DNA of 64,000 nt from Eledone cirrhosa (Eukaryota): the NCBI GenBank assembly GCA_964016885.1, contig OZ024743.1, forward strand, positions 347,076,001 through 347,140,000. Direction: 5' to 3'. Numbering within the stretch: the first letter of the stretch is position 1; each line of letters starts with the position of its first letter. The notes beneath the pieces are model-generated. The model saw only the letters and a program-made list of their open reading frames with translations. It was not told where the DNA came from and ran no database searches. The translations under genes were made by a program, and so were the position numbers. Below are positions 1-16,359 of the stretch, in pieces.

Positions 1-2600
1 TTGCGCAGAGAGATCCGATGACCAAATCTTTCTTAATCGGGTGTAGTATTCCCTAGTTACGCGTTCTTTATTACAGATACCATTATGGGATATGTTCTCA
101 TCTATCCCCGGATATCTGTAGCAGTCCTCATCAGATATCGGTGAAACAGTTCGGCCATTGATGACAATGTTGCTAGATTGGGTTGTTTTTATTCCCCGCT
201 TTACAGTCATGTATAAGCATTTATCTTGGCCAAACTCCATTCCTATATCCTTTGAGAACGTTGTAACCAGGTCAAGATTTTTCTTCACCCCACCCATGTT
301 CTTGGCATAGAGTTTCAGATCCTACACAAAGAAATTATGGGTTAGGTTCGTATTTCTGTCCTCCTGTGAGCCAATGATAGATCCTTCACATTTCTTGAGC
401 AGAAAGGACAAGGGATTTAATGACAAGATGAATAATATCACAGAGAGACTGTCCCCCTGAAATATACCCCTGCGATATTTATTTTATCAGCGAAAATAGA
501 GTGCTTCTTCTCTGTCTTTAACCTTAGGATAGCCCAAGAAGAAGACTGCTTCTCTATGACTCTGACAATAATGTCTGGGACTTTAGCAAGTTGGAGGGCC
601 TCTATCATCCAAGAGTAGGGAACAGAATCGAAAGCTTTCCTGTAGTCCAGCCAGGCTGTAGCTATATTCCTTCTAAGTTGTCACACCTCCGACATCGCAG
701 TTTTGTTGATTAGGAGTTGTTCAGCACATCCCCAAACCCCTTTCTTTACAGCTGCTTGTTCATCTGTGATGATGTTATTATTTTCACAGTGATCTTGGAG
801 GTTCAGGAAGGCTGTATACATCTGATGCATCAGTTCTGGCATGCAATGGTTTGTTAGTTCTTTACCAAGTGGGTGTCTTTGTTCTTGAGGACCAGTAATG
901 TTTGTGCTAATGTCAACAATTCTGGTATAAGTGTATCTCCCTTAAGAACTTGTTGGTAGAGGTCAGTAAGATACCTCCGATAGAATATCAGTTTTTTGTA
1001 TCAGTAGCCGACAATCATGTCTCTTCCTGGTGTTTTCTGATCTTGGAGTTTTCCTATCACAGTTTCAAGAGTACCCTCCCTTATTTCGTATGTTTTTGTT
1101 GTAGTGTAGGAGCAATATCTCTTTCGGATTTCTCTTAGCCACACTGCATCTTGGTTGAAATTCTTCTTTTCACTCCATATTTTGCTCCAAAAGGAATCTA
1201 TGTCTTCCTAGGATGGGGTCTCAGTGACACTTATTATTTTGTTCTACATATCTCTATAGACTGATGTTTGGTTTCGTCTGAATATTTTATTAAGCACTTT
1301 TCTCTCATCTACCTTCTTCAGTTATCGGTGTTTTTCACTAACAGCTCTCAATTCTTGTTTGAGGGTGATCAGCTTATATTGAAGCGTTCTGGTTCTACTG
1401 TTACCAAACATCGTCTCTATTTTATTTTTCACTCTTTGTTGGTGATGAGTGGGGTTTTTTGTGTTTGTTTGCATGTAAGGAGCATTGTCACATATTCTAT
1501 TGTTTTTCGTAGGTCAACAATCTTTTTTTCTATTTTAGTTATATATGATGGTATTTTTGGCGGTGTTTTGTTCTTGTTAATATCTCTGCTATCACCAAGA
1601 TAATGCTTCACTGTCGTTGCTAGGGCATATAAACAGGCGTTGATTTGCCAAAAATGTTGGGGTTTTTATCCGTCGTAAATATTCATCCCTTATTTTGTCA
1701 ATAACACGTAATATTTTATTATTTGTTTTACCAGTAATACACTGGTAATTGCTGGCCTTGTGCCTAACGTAGAAACAATTATTTGTTTTTTTTATTAAAC
1801 ATTGTCGTTTTAATACTTTCAGCAAGAGAGATATTTATACATGAATTAATTTCTCTCTGGAAGATTTCGTTGAGGGAAATTTTCAATTGTTTATACTTTT
1901 GATTATTATCATTATCGATAGTATTTTCCACAACAGTCGTGGTAGACTCGGATGTTACACGTGGTGTCAAATTTCTTCGATTATTATTATTATTTCTTCG
2001 ATTATTATTATTATCGATAGTGTTTTTCCCAGCATTCGAGGTAGATTTAGATGGTACAGATGGTGTCAAGTTTCTTACAGGCATAGTTGTTTCAAGGCAT
2101 TTTTGGACCTGGCTGCTAGGAAGTTTAGTAGCAATTGCGACCTCTAGCACGTGTTGTTGATCCCATGTTTGTTGTGGGAGACTTACAATTAATAATATTT
2201 ATCTTATTTTTACGTTCATCAAGCGTCGCTTGTTGGCGTAATTGTTTCACTGTGAAATAATTTAGCTCTGGATGCATTTCGTCCCAGTGTAGCTTCAGTC
2301 TGTTCATATAGCCAATGGAGGGATTGTTTTTTGCCATTTTATAACAATTATATAAATCATTATTAGGTTCGCAACTCCAAGAGAAATGCGATTTATAATT
2401 TCGGTTTCTTCTGTAGTTACAACTGAATAAAGTGTGTTTACCTTTCTTGTGTTTTTTTATACTTCCTTAATTTTGTTGTTGATGTTGTGTTCAGCCATGC
2501 TGTTTGTAGCAAATCCTTGTAAAATTAATTATGTATTTAGTCAGATATCTCTACGAATTCGAATAAAAAGACTCTTCAGAAGATATAGTTAGAAGAATAA
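1..2600 (-). mobile_element. Degenerate R4/Dong-like (RLE-type) non-LTR retrotransposon, 5' part through the RT domain; continues beyond the window start
   Basis: Minus-strand translation gives AWLDYRKAFDSVPYSW (~600-660), RGIFQGDSLSVILFILSLNPLSFLL (~400-475), THNFFV*DLKLYAK (first catalytic Asp is now TAG) and FSKDIGMEFGQDKC. The N-terminal PSIGYMNRLKLHWDEMHP..LRQQA (2125-2337) resembles R4/Dong ORF starts. Many stops and frameshifts. Confidence 0.85.
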
Positions 2601-2610
2601 CTAGTTATTC

Positions 2611-2740
2611 ATGTATGTATGTATGTATGTATGTATGTATGTATGTATGTATGTATGTATGTATGTATGTATGTATGTATGTATATATATATGTATGCAT
2701 ATATGTATATGTATGTATGTATGTATATATATATGTATGT
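2611..2740. repeat. (TATG)n microsatellite
   Basis: Direct reading of the sequence. Confidence 0.95.
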
Positions 2741-3020
2741 GTGAAGGCGTGTAGCTGAGTGGTTACAGTGAAGGCGTGTAGCTGAGTGGTTAGAGAATTG
2801 CAGTGAAGGCGTGTAGCTGAGTGGTTAGAGAATTGGATTCACAATGTTGAGGTTGTGAGTTCGATTCCTGGACCGGGCAATGCGTTATGTCCTTGGGCAA
2901 GACACTATTTTTCACGTTGCTCCTTCTACCTGGAGTTGCGACCGATAGATAGTACTAGCAACTGGAAAGACCAACGGAAACATTGTTTCCTCGGTCCGAT
3001 TTGACGAAAGTCGATCGATC
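2741..3020 (+). mobile_element. tRNA-derived SINE with a triplicated 5' head
   Basis: A-box-like TAGCTGAGTGG, B-box GAGTTCGATTCC, central GTCCTTGGGCAAGACACT motif. A second copy lies on the minus strand at 18190-18401. Confidence 0.8.
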
Positions 3021-3030
3021 CTTAAAAAAA

Positions 3031-4668
<1,638 letters not shown>

Positions 4669-4694
4669 ATCTCTCTCTCTTAATTTCGAGTATA

Positions 4695-4868
4695 TTTTTT
4701 TTGACCGGCCACTTTCCTGGTGGCAAGGTTGTAAAAGAAAAGAAATTGTCATCCCTTGAATCGCAAGAAAGTTTTGCAAATTTTGAAGGTGCCAGCTATC
4801 GCAGCCATTTGTAGACTATGAATTAGGAAGCTGCGCTTTTTGTCCGCAAATCCAAGTTCAGTCATACT
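4695..4868 (-). mobile_element. Short 3'-terminal fragment of an RLE (R4/Dong-like) element
   Basis: Minus strand reads LGFADKKRSFLIHSLQMAAIAGTFKICKTFLRFKG*, then a short UTR and an A run. This resembles the C-terminal LQ..A..GT..I motif of R4-clade ORFs. Confidence 0.5.
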
Positions 4869-4982
4869 TATGTATGTATGTATGTATGTATGTATGTATG
4901 TATGTATGTATGTATGTATGTATGTATGTATGTATGTATGTATGTATGTATGTATGAATGTATGTATGTACGTATGTATGCA

Positions 4983-5066
<84 letters not shown>

Positions 5067-5090
5067 TGTGTGTGTGTGTGTGTGTGTGTG
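4869..5090. repeat. (TATG)n-(TG)n microsatellite
   Basis: Direct reading. Confidence 0.95.
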
Positions 5091-7221
5091 TTTAAGTATA
5101 TTTATAAATTATTGTGCAGTGACATCAACAAACTTACATATACAAACAATACCTGAGCTGTATTTAATCTAGGCACTTTGCTCTACCTAAATCCCATTTT
5201 TGTTTGCCGTCAAAATATGGCGGATAATTTTCTGGGAATCATTTTTATGGTGTAGTAATCATAATTTTTGCAAGCCATACAACTTACACTTCAGTAACTA
5301 CACATAGATTTCCGCTGAACAATGTGCTCTTTTAAGATAATTCTGATTTCCTTTAGCTCTGGTAGCAAATTATTAGCTAAAACAATTTGAGTAGAACTGA
5401 TGAGTGAAACCTAGAAGAAATGACACATGGTAATTCAGTCTCCAGGTCAGCTCAGTTGAGAGTTTTCGCGTGTTTACCATTTCAAAAGAGAAGGTCATTG
5501 TAATCATATATATACCAGAGAGAAGAAACTGCAAGTTTTACAGGAAGAAACTATAGCGTAGAATGAATATTTGTTAAATTTGCCAATCAATCAAATGAAT
5601 TCCCCAGGAATGTTTCAGGAGCAAATACTCTAACCAGGAAAGATGAACAATAAATTCGTTTTACCAAAACTCTTTAGTGAATCAGACATTCAGAGTGACT
5701 TTACGATTCTTAGAATTGTAGCTATTGTATGAAATTTTGACTATATTACAACATATATATGACGTGAGCGTACGATATTGATTTTGGGACATAGCATTTA
5801 TAGAAATTTTATGGAGTTCGCAGCGTATTATGCATGCATAAGATGAGATTTTTCTTATGTATAATGATTCATATACTTGTCTGTTTGAAAACAGGTTAGA
5901 TTGTTAGGTCACTTCTGACGAAACAGTAGATATTTGATATAATATATTTAGACTCAACGAGGATGGTGCCTTTGTTACTAGTTTGTTTTATCACCTGCTT
6001 AAATGTTTTTTTTTTGTGTTAGAGGTTACAGTAGGAATAGTCCGACGTAATGAGTCTTGAGCTAATATTCCCACCTCAGAATAAACAAGATTTTATGGGA
6101 TATAGTTTAAAACGTAAGGGTGTCGCAGAAAAAAGCAACGGAGAAGTAAGACAGGAAAACTTTTTAAAATATGAGAGATATATGTAACTCACTGACAGGC
6201 AGTATAAGTAAAAGACTCACAGCTCAGATATGTTAAAATCTTTGCATATCTGGGCAACAGTATTGCTTTCATCGAATTTCATAAGTTTAAGAGACCGCAT
6301 GTATGTTGCATAAGAAAGAAAAGCATAGTAGATTTTCGGAGATATACTTCAGAGGATAAATGAAGTAATTGTTTAAGTATTGTTGTAAATTGTATATTCC
6401 AGAACCCAGTAACCACATGCAGATATATTTCAGATTTCTGATCTTTTCAACACTAGAGATGTGTTATCGGCGAAATCTGTCTAGGCTGGGTGTGGATAAC
6501 GTCCATGAGTGGAATGTTAGAAATGCGTATAAGAAAGAATATTAGTGGATTTAACATCAAGTAGATCGTTATTAAAAAATAACAATACGACAGTGATATA
6601 TTAGAAAGAGAAAGATATAACGTGTCATGGACGGTGGTTGTTAATAACCGGATATACCAATTTTGAGATGCTGTAAGTGAAGGCCATATTTCCTCAGTTG
6701 ATAGAGTCTGAGATGTTTCCTAGCTTGCAGAGGAAATGCACAATAGCATGTTTCCAACACTACTGCAAACAAAGAGAGGTGAAGCAGAAAGAGAGTGATG
6801 AAAGAGTTTGAAAAGCGTCTAGCTCTCCCGGGCAGTTTCATAGACATTGAAGGACTTTATGTATGTGGAATAATCGGAAGTGTTTTCGCAAAAAAGGGGA
6901 GTGAAAGTATATTTGCCATTTGGACGGTAAGAGAGCAGCCACACTACGAGATGCAGGGGCGTGCATATAATCTTGCTTTTTTGAATATCAGTGAGTGTAT
7001 GTAATATATTCCTATCATACCACAATGGAACATGAACAATATATAACAGGTACGTAATAAATAATTCAATGACATCGAGGCTGTTTGCATCGTAATCACG
7101 CCAGTGTTCCGCGAATATGTTTATGAATATATGAAAACTTTGAAATGTAGCATTGAGATTATGAGGAAAAACAATTAATATTATCACTATCAATATTATT
7201 ATTGTTGCTGCTTCGCTAGAC

Positions 7222-8178
7222 ATGTTCTCCCCGGTTCGTGAGTTTGACGGAGCTTCAGGGTCAGGCGAAGATTGAGAGAGAGCGCTTGGATCTGGTATGC
7301 CGTCAAGCGTTCAAAGCCCTCAGTTTATTGAGCAGTACGATCGGTGGAGATTCCAGCTCCGCTTTCTATAGAGAGGGAACGGTGGGGAAAAGCAACGACG
7401 TTCTTGAAGATACTCTGAGCTTTGATGAAAATCAAACAGCCAATCTTTTCCGGAGTATATTCGTTCTAGGGCCTATGAAAACTTCAAGAAATCGTTGATA
7501 CTAGGAAGAAAGACAAGTTAGAGATAAACTCTACGGTCATGGAAGTGCTCCCAGTCACGCCTGTCGCAGATGCACGCAGGGCGACGAAACCATTGAGAGG
7601 CCGAATATTCCTGACTTGTGGATTTATGTTGAACATCGACTGCGGACGGATTTGGTTATCAGTTGAGTCCATCTTTAAGATTGCCTCACCACGTTCCTTT
7701 AGCCAGGAAAGGTAGCCAGTTTGTATCTGCCTGGTGGCCATGCCAAGAGATATCATGTGGTGGACACGTCTGATATGGTTGACGATAAGCACTTTCCGCT
7801 ACGGCGAAACTATGATCACCTTCTCAGGTTTCACTTGAGGAAAATCATACCGCCCAGCCAATTTGTTGAAAGGTGGCTGGGAGAGGCGAGCATGGCTCGA
7901 TAGAATGGGCCTGATCCGTGATGAGTCTCTAGATTGGAGAGGGATGACTGGGAAAAGGCAGTTGCTCTAGTGGTCAGGGTAACTGTGGCCTTCTGGGGAT
8001 TTTCCATCTGTGACATTCGGATGTCGCTCCTATTGGGGTATTCAATGTATATGAATTTTTACACAATATTCTTAATTTTGGTAAAGACATATTCAACATC
8101 AAACCCCACACTCTACCCCCCCCCCCTCCCGTGCCATCCTTAATGTGGGTCATGACAGGTTAATAAAGAAATCATTAC
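7222..8178 (+). mobile_element. 5'-truncated, diverged Tx1-clade LINE 3' fragment
   Basis: SLTELQ...SSAFYRE..GKSNDVL...LFRSIFVLGPM is collinear with the ORF2 C-terminus of the 30421-36470 element. It shares 3'UTR blocks and the AATAAAGAAATCATTA end. Confidence 0.85.
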
Positions 8179-8220
8179 CATTGCTGCTACAGTTGTTACT
8201 TTTGTTGTTGTTATTTGTGG

Positions 8221-8450
8221 TGGTGGATTGGCAGAATCGGTAGGGGGTTGGACGCCATGCTTTGCAACATAGAGTTACGCACCTTTACATTCTGAGCTCA
8301 AAACCCGCGGATGTTAGCTTTGCCTTTCATCCTTACGGGATCGATAACATAAAATACCAGTAATGCACTGGGGTCGAGCCTATCGAATTTCCCCTTCTCC
8401 CAAAATTGCTGGCCTTGTGCCTATAGTGGAAATCATTATTATTATTTTCA
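8221..8450 (+). mobile_element. tRNA-derived SINE (GGTGGATTGGCAG family) with (ATT)n tail
   Basis: A-box TGGCAGAATCGG, B-box-like GAGCTCAAAACC, conserved GCCTTTCATCCTTACGGG.TCGATAA core and ATT tail. More than 12 copies in the window. Confidence 0.9.
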
Positions 8451-8871
8451 TTAATAATATTCTCATTATTACTATTATATATTTTGCGTTTCCTTTCTTT
8501 GACAGCCACGGAAGCAAAGAAATGTGTTATTTTACCGAACGAGTGATAGCGGAAGTGAAGTATGGTAATTACAAGTTAAAATTCAATTCCCGTTACATTG
8601 TAATTATAAAGCTTCATACTAGAGCACTTTATGTTGAATTAGAATATATTTTAGGATATTTTTTTTTCAGGTTTTCTCTCATTTTGTTTCTCAATTTTCT
8701 TACCACCATCAAATGTGCCAATGTTACACATATATTCCGTCTTAAAATATAATATATATTCGCAAGGAAAAGATAATTCCGAGACACATTCCATAATAGT
8801 TTCTCTGACGTCAAATGGAAAACAAAATGTATGTATATATATAAATATATATATGTATGTATGTACACACA

Positions 8872-9050
<179 letters not shown>

Positions 9051-9149
9051 ATTGAAATTTCCGTTGAAAACAGAAAAGGTCATAGAAGTGAAGAGTGCTC
9101 TATGTAAGTATCAGAGCAAAATTTAATGTATAAAAATCAATACAATATA

Positions 9150-9227
9150 ATTACCTCATTACCAGAGGTTTCCCGAATGAGGCGAATACGAAAGAAGCGT
9201 CTTCATTCGTTCGTCAGACGAGGCAAT
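9150..9227 (-). ncRNA. Type I hammerhead ribozyme in the PLE terminal repeat
   Basis: Minus strand: ATTGCCTCGT-CTGACGA-a-CGAATGA..TCATTCG-g-GAAACC-tct-GGTA-ATGAGGTAAT. This gives a 10-bp stem I (two GU pairs), stem II, a 3-bp stem III and a GUA cleavage triplet. Confidence 0.85.
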
Positions 9228-9769
9228 ATAAAACATGGGTAAATACTTGGAAAGTCTCGTCAAGAAAATCAAAAAAAAGATATAGAATTAGAATATGAAA
9301 TATATAATAATCTTTCAAGAAATATAGTTAGGTGTGTGTATATGTATGTATATACGCTCACAGATGTGCATATATGTGTATGCACATATGTATACGTATA
9401 GTGAAAAAGTGTGCGTAAATATAAAATTTAGGGCAAATGTATCTGTATGTCTGTAATCTACAGACAGAATAGATACATCATAAGAATATGAATATGAAGG
9501 CGCGCGCATAAACACACCTACACACACGTACACTTAGATGCGGAAGTAAAAGAGGTAAGGGAGTGTAATAATTAAAGGAAAGTATCAATCTCGATATATT
9601 TATAAAAATGGAACAATAATTTAGAAAGAAAAGATTTAGAAAGAAAAAATTAAAGAAAAGAAGACAAAAAAGGGTACATACATACACAGACACGCATATC
9701 TCACAACAGAAACGTAAAAATATACATGCTTATACACACACGCACACTTACACATCCGTACGTTCGATA

Positions 9770-9808
<39 letters not shown>

Positions 9809-9979
9809 TTACACTCACGCGTATTGACATGTTTGCATGCACACGCATAAAAATGAGTAAGTAAAAAAAGGCGGGGGAGAAGAAAAAAGGAACAAAACAT
9901 AAAACCTAGATGTCAAAACACGGATATAAAGACACATACACATACGCATACACATATACATACACATACACATATATAT

Positions 9980-10010
<31 letters not shown>

Positions 10011-10430
10011 TACACACGCGCGCGCACATACGTAGTCGCTCATGTACATATATAGAAAGTATACACACGTTAAGGCGTTCAGCCATATTGATACAGGGTG
10101 TAAAAAAAACTTGTGGATAAGTAAGTACAAATATAAAATTGTAAGGTTGGCTGCGCAAAATTAAAAAAAATAAAAATAAAAATGAAAAATAAATCTGGTT
10201 TTGGAAAACACAAATGACAAGTGTAATCAGTTAGTGAAGGAAAAAGGGAAGTAAAAAAAGGGGAAATAAAAAATGGAAAGTGAATCGGAGAATAAAGGAG
10301 GGGGTGGGTATTGGTGGATGTGAAGTAAAAATAAAAATAAAAAAATAAAAATAAAAATAAATGAAATTAATGACAAGGGTAAAAATGAAAGTAAGTCAGA
10401 AAGGGTAATTAAAAAGAGAATAATAAGAGT

Positions 10431-11400
10431 TTATGGAGGATAAGTATCTGAAAGTGTGTTAAGTTTATATGAGCTGGAAAGCAGGTGTGATTTCATGTGT
10501 GGGCAACTGGTGAAAATTTCCGTCTTTGTGTTCAGGCAGGTCTTTGGTGATTTTAGATTTTGCAATATCCAATATTTTTCATTTATGCAGAGCGTGCATA
10601 TTCTTGTTCCTCTAGCATATTCTTTAGATTGGTTCAAAATTGACCAATCCAATTTATATTGGATACCTTGGTATTTCAAATCCCAAATTCTGCTAGCCAG
10701 AGCTGTTGTAAATCTTTTTTCTGGATGTCGAAAGGATGCGACATGTGAGTAATAACGCGTTTTGAATTTGTCTTGCGTCATACCCACATATCGTTCACTG
10801 GTGGCTGGATGGTTGTTGCTGATTGTTGTCACTTTAACCGCATATACAATGGCTTTGGTGTTGCATTTACCTTGTAATGGGCATTCACTTTTGATTCTAC
10901 AGGAGCAAGTTTGATTTTCTCTAGGTGATATTTTGTTGAGGATATAGGACTTAATAGGGGGACCGCAGGAATAGCTACTTTTGACACAGTTTCTGTTAAA
11001 GATCTTATAGTATCTATGTGTTCTAGGGAAATGTTTATCTAGGAGCTCAAGGAATTTTTTGCCTACATTAGTTTTAACTGCTAGAGAGTAGGGGGGGGGG
11101 GGGACCAGATTATTTTTCTTTTCCTGTTTTTATGTTTAATAGAGTTAGTAGAGTTGGGTATGTATTTAATCGGTTCGCTAAAACCGCTATTTTGGAGGGC
11201 TTTATTATAGTAGGGGGATGCCTTATTAAAAATAGCTTCTGAGGAAGAGAGGGTGGAGATCCTACGGCTAATATTAGGGATAAGGTTTTTAAAAACTATA
11301 GGTGGATGGCAAGATCCTTTATTTATATATTTTAAGTTTTCATTAGGTTTATGGTATGGTTTATAAGAAGCAGTAGGCAAATCTAGGTTTATATCTAGGA
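10431..11400 (-). pseudogene. PLE RT-thumb plus GIY-YIG endonuclease remnant (frameshifted)
   Basis: ORFs 11081-11380 and 10431-10832, plus the intervening segment carrying the CxCx5Cx5C motif. Confidence 0.9.
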
Positions 11401-11593
11401 AATCTATATGTATATATGTATATATATATATGTGTATGTGTATGTATATGTGTATGCGTATGTGTATGTGTCTTTATATCCGTGTTTTGACATCTAGGTT
11501 TTATGTTTTGTCCCTTGTTTCTTCTACCCCCCTTTTTTTACTTACTCATTTTTATGCGTGTGCATGCAAACAGGTCAATACGCGTGAGTGTAA

Positions 11594-11666
<73 letters not shown>

Positions 11667-12215
11667 TATCGAACGTACGGATGTGTAAGTGTGCGTGTGT
11701 ATATAAGCATGTATATTTTTATGTTTCTTTTGTGAGATATGCGTGTCTGTGTATGTATGTACCCCTTTTTGTCTTCTTTTCTTTAATTTTTTCTTTCTAA
11801 ATTTTTTCTTTCTAAATTATTGTTCCATTTTTATAAATATATCGAGATTGATACTTTCCTTTAATTATTACACTCCCTTACCTCTTTTACTTCCGCATCT
11901 AAGTGTACGTGTGTGTAGGTGTGTTTATGCGCGCGCCTTCATATTCATATTCTTATAATGTATCTATTCTGTCTGTAGATTACAGACATACAGATACATT
12001 TGCCCTAAATTTTATATTTACGCACACTTTTTCACTATACGTATACATATGTGCATACACATATATGCACATCTGTGATCGTATATACATACATATACAC
12101 ACACCTAACTATATTTCTTGAAAGATTATTATATATTTCATATTCTAATTCATTTGTCTATATCTTTTTTTTGATTTTCTTGACGAGACTTTCCAAGTAT
12201 TTACCCACGTTTTAT

Positions 12216-12293
12216 ATTGCATCGTCTGACGAACGAATGAAGACGCTTCTTTCGTATTCGCCTGTTTCGGGAAACCTCTGGTAATGAGATAAT
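12216..12293 (+). ncRNA. Type I hammerhead ribozyme, second arm copy (stem I and II mismatches)
   Basis: CTGACGA at 12226, GAAAC at 12271, GTA at 12281. Mirror image of 9150-9227. Confidence 0.7.
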
Positions 12294-12317
12294 TATATTG
12301 TATTGATTTTTATACAT

Positions 12318-12386
<69 letters not shown>

Positions 12387-12595
12387 ATGTGTGTCTGAGT
12401 GTGTATATCACTGATACGAAAATCATACACATTAGAAATTTACTAGTGATTTGCATATAGATTAACAGGGCCCTGTACGCACACACTTTCGGAAAGGCCC
12501 ATGAATGCTAATCTATACATTCTAGCTACGGAGCAATATGCTACCAGATACGAAATTAGATTTACACACACACACACCACATACACACCCACACG

Positions 12596-12650
<55 letters not shown>

Positions 12651-12664
12651 ACACACACACACTC

Positions 12665-12710
<46 letters not shown>

Positions 12711-12842
12711 GATAAATTAACGACTTTGGATCTTCTAATTAAACGTAGATATGAGCACCATCATATACACAAACATACGAATTGCAATATGAAGCTACAC
12801 CTCCACATATTAGAATTAACGCATATATTCATGTATATATAC

Positions 12843-12932
<90 letters not shown>

Positions 12933-13673
12933 AATGGTATTCCTACAGAGCGGTATATATATATATATATATATATATAAATATTATATATTGAATAATA
13001 TACGAGATGTTTTTAAGGTTGTGACAAACGTCTCACATCGAAACTCAGCGAAATCTGGGGTGGGTAATCGACAAAGCATCGTTTCTCGCTCCCTATTTTA
13101 CTGAAATTAAGCTAATCTAGAATCTTATAGATTTCTGCCTATGTTTATGGGCTGATGAAACTCATTTGTATAAGGAGAAATTGTTGGTCAAGCTTAAATC
13201 AAGATTAGCTGTTTCATATAAATATATACTAAAAATTAATAGCGAAAGTCAACATTTGCCAGAGAGAAGTGAGCAGACCGAAGACTTGATCTTCAACATC
13301 TCAAGTTACCCAATATAAATATGTGTCCCAATATTTATTGAATAGAGCGCATAATAGCCACAAACACCTGATGCTAACTATAAAATGCTGTAAAGAGAAA
13401 AAAAAAATTCTGCTATCCCTTTCTTCTGAAAATGAAATCGATAAAAACCTTGATATATTAATAGATTTAAAAATTTAAAGTTACAAACGGGATAGAACGG
13501 TCTAATAAGAATATATGAAACATCATCAAGATGATCATTTAACCTAAACACAGCCGTGTCTTCGATGTAAGATGCTTGAACAAACAGTTGGTTCTTGTAT
13601 ATATATATATATGTACACACACACGCATATATATATATATATATATATGTGCGGCTGTGGGTGTGCGTTTGTG

Positions 13674-13704
<31 letters not shown>

Positions 13705-14232
13705 TTGCATTCATGTATGTGTACATATATTCATATTTTTATGTGTGAATCCAATTTCTTAATAAATATACAGCGAATAAACGAAAATACATACAATTGG
13801 CATTAACTAAATTTGTACAGCAATATACTCCATGGCAATAGAGCAAACATGGCTTTGCCGTGATTAAATCGTTTCATTGTGTAAGGTAACATGTCTAAAA
13901 TCTTTATGTTGACCATATATCAAAAGCCAGCATTGATATATTATTTTACGGGTATAAATATGGGGGTGTGCATTATGTACACACTGTGTATGCATTATAC
14001 ACACATCAGCTGACACACGCCAGGAAATATATTTCTTCCATTCAACTTTATTCATTGTCTAGTCGATATTGGTTTCAACTGACATAAATCATCTATTTAC
14101 GTCGTTTTATATATACACAAACTTTTGTGTGTCAATGTAGCACATTCGTTTAAATATGCATATAGATATATATGTATATATATACATACACACACACATA
14201 TACCATATATATATATATGTATATATATACAT

Positions 14233-14283
<51 letters not shown>

Positions 14284-14414
14284 CACACACACATATATAT
14301 ATATGTATATATATACATACACACACACATACATATATATATATATATGTATATATATACATACACACACACACATATACACACACACATATATATACAT
14401 ATACACACACATAT

Positions 14415-14449
<35 letters not shown>

Positions 14450-14725
14450 CGTACTTAAGCATGGATGGATTCGTAAATATGTTTTTTAAATAAATAAATA
14501 AATATACTTATATACCTATATAACTATTTCTTTACTTATTTAATTTATATATATATATATATATATAAGCACACACATACATATATGTATGGGCGTGTGT
14601 GTGTGTGTGTATGTTTCTGTGTGCATTTGTGTTTTTTATAGGTAAGTATATAATTAAATCCATTCCACGTACGCTTCGGTACACCTACCTCTCTCTCTCT
14701 TTCTCTCTCTCTCGCTATCTCTCTC

Positions 14726-14819
<94 letters not shown>

Positions 14820-15101
14820 TAAGTATGTATATGCATAAATATACACTAATAGATATTTATGTACAATGATATCTATCGGTGTGTTTTAATATAAATGCAT
14901 ATATAGAAATAGGTGTGACATTTACAGCTATATACATAAATATGTCTGATTCATTGTGCATAATTGTGTTGTTATATATATGTGAGTATGTATGTGTGCA
15001 CCTGCGTAAAAATAGATGACAAATATCATGAGGAAAGACAGAGAAAGAAAAATTCGTAAGACAGTGGGGAGACAAATAAAGAAGAAACAGGGAAAGAGAA
15101 T

Positions 15102-15213
<112 letters not shown>

Positions 15214-15837
15214 ATACAAAAAAAAAACACGAACAGAAAGATAGAGAAACAAAGATAAACAGACAGACTGTGTCAGGGAATTAAATCAAAAGATATTGTA
15301 ATTTATTTCTTTGGAACAATAAAAAAAAGATATACATATATATAACTACAAATCTTTATAAATTATAGGTGTTTGGAAGCCAGTATTTATTTAAAATAAT
15401 AGTTAAGGAAGAAAAAAAGAAAAAAAAAACAAACGGTCAGATAGATAGAAATAATAGTGGTGGCTTTGTTTGCCATGGAAACATAAATAGAATTTCAAAT
15501 GAAATCAACATTAAGAATTATGCATTGCTTAAACAGACTCAAAAGTAATGCCATGACTTTTAACAACATTTATGGAAATTTTACACTTCAAATGTCTTCT
15601 TTAACTTCTCTGTAGTATTAACCTCATTTATGGGTTTTTCTATCTTTGTTTATAGCGTGTGTGGGGTTGGGTGCTTAAGACTTTTTTCCCGCCATCTTCA
15701 GCTACATTACTCCTAAGACACGTCACTCGTCGAAAAAATAACGCAGTCTACAGAACCCCCCACACACACACACACACATACACACACGCACACACACACA
15801 CACACACATGCACACACGCATACACGCACACACGCAT

Positions 15838-15874
<37 letters not shown>

Positions 15875-16359
15875 CATATATTACTGGTTAATCAGGGAGA
15901 GAAAACCAGAACGCTTTCTTCTTTTCAGGGCCACTCATGCTTGTTAATGAGTAAGTACGAAAATTATACTTATACTGCATACGTAACCTTAGTGCTTGCT
16001 ACACAGAAGACATATAGATACACTAATCCCACTGAACAATACCTTGCAATAGCTAAAATGTCCCCTGCTTACATCGACCCTATTACTTATTGCAGTTCAG
16101 CACTAAAATCATTATTCATGTATAGGCATTTGATAAACTGATAAATAGATTTAAGCAACAGCTTTTTATCAAGCGTACAAACATAAATACTGACATATTC
16201 ACAACACATGTTGCTGTACGATTGTTTTTATACTGTTATTGTCCAACACGCATCTTTCAGGGAACCTATATTTCGCTAGTCGTTGTATATGTTGGAAATA
16301 TAGAAGCGATTGATCTTCTTAAGTGTACGAAATTGGAGTGATCTATCTATTACATTGAT

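Larger units (their letters stand above)
9125..12318 (-). mobile_element. 5'-truncated Naiad-type Penelope-like element with a ~900-bp inverted terminal copy (inverted pLTR)
   Basis: 9125-~10000 is the reverse complement of ~11405-12318. Between the arms, the minus strand codes an RT thumb (YKPYHKPNENLKYINKGSCHPP), RKIIWSPP, a CSCx5Cx5C linker and GIY-YIG (IVYAVKV..YVGMTQDKFKTRYYSHVASF..CTLC..CPH). Confidence 0.92.

Noticed and set aside
2805-2880. tRNA gene
   Set aside because: The A/B boxes belong to a SINE head; no complete cloverleaf, and it continues into SINE body sequence.
5397-5415. CTGATGAGTGAAAC hammerhead-like motif
   Set aside because: No stem II and no flanking stem I; likely chance.
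13150-13190. CTGATGA..GAAA hammerhead-like motif
   Set aside because: Stems I and III cannot be paired convincingly.
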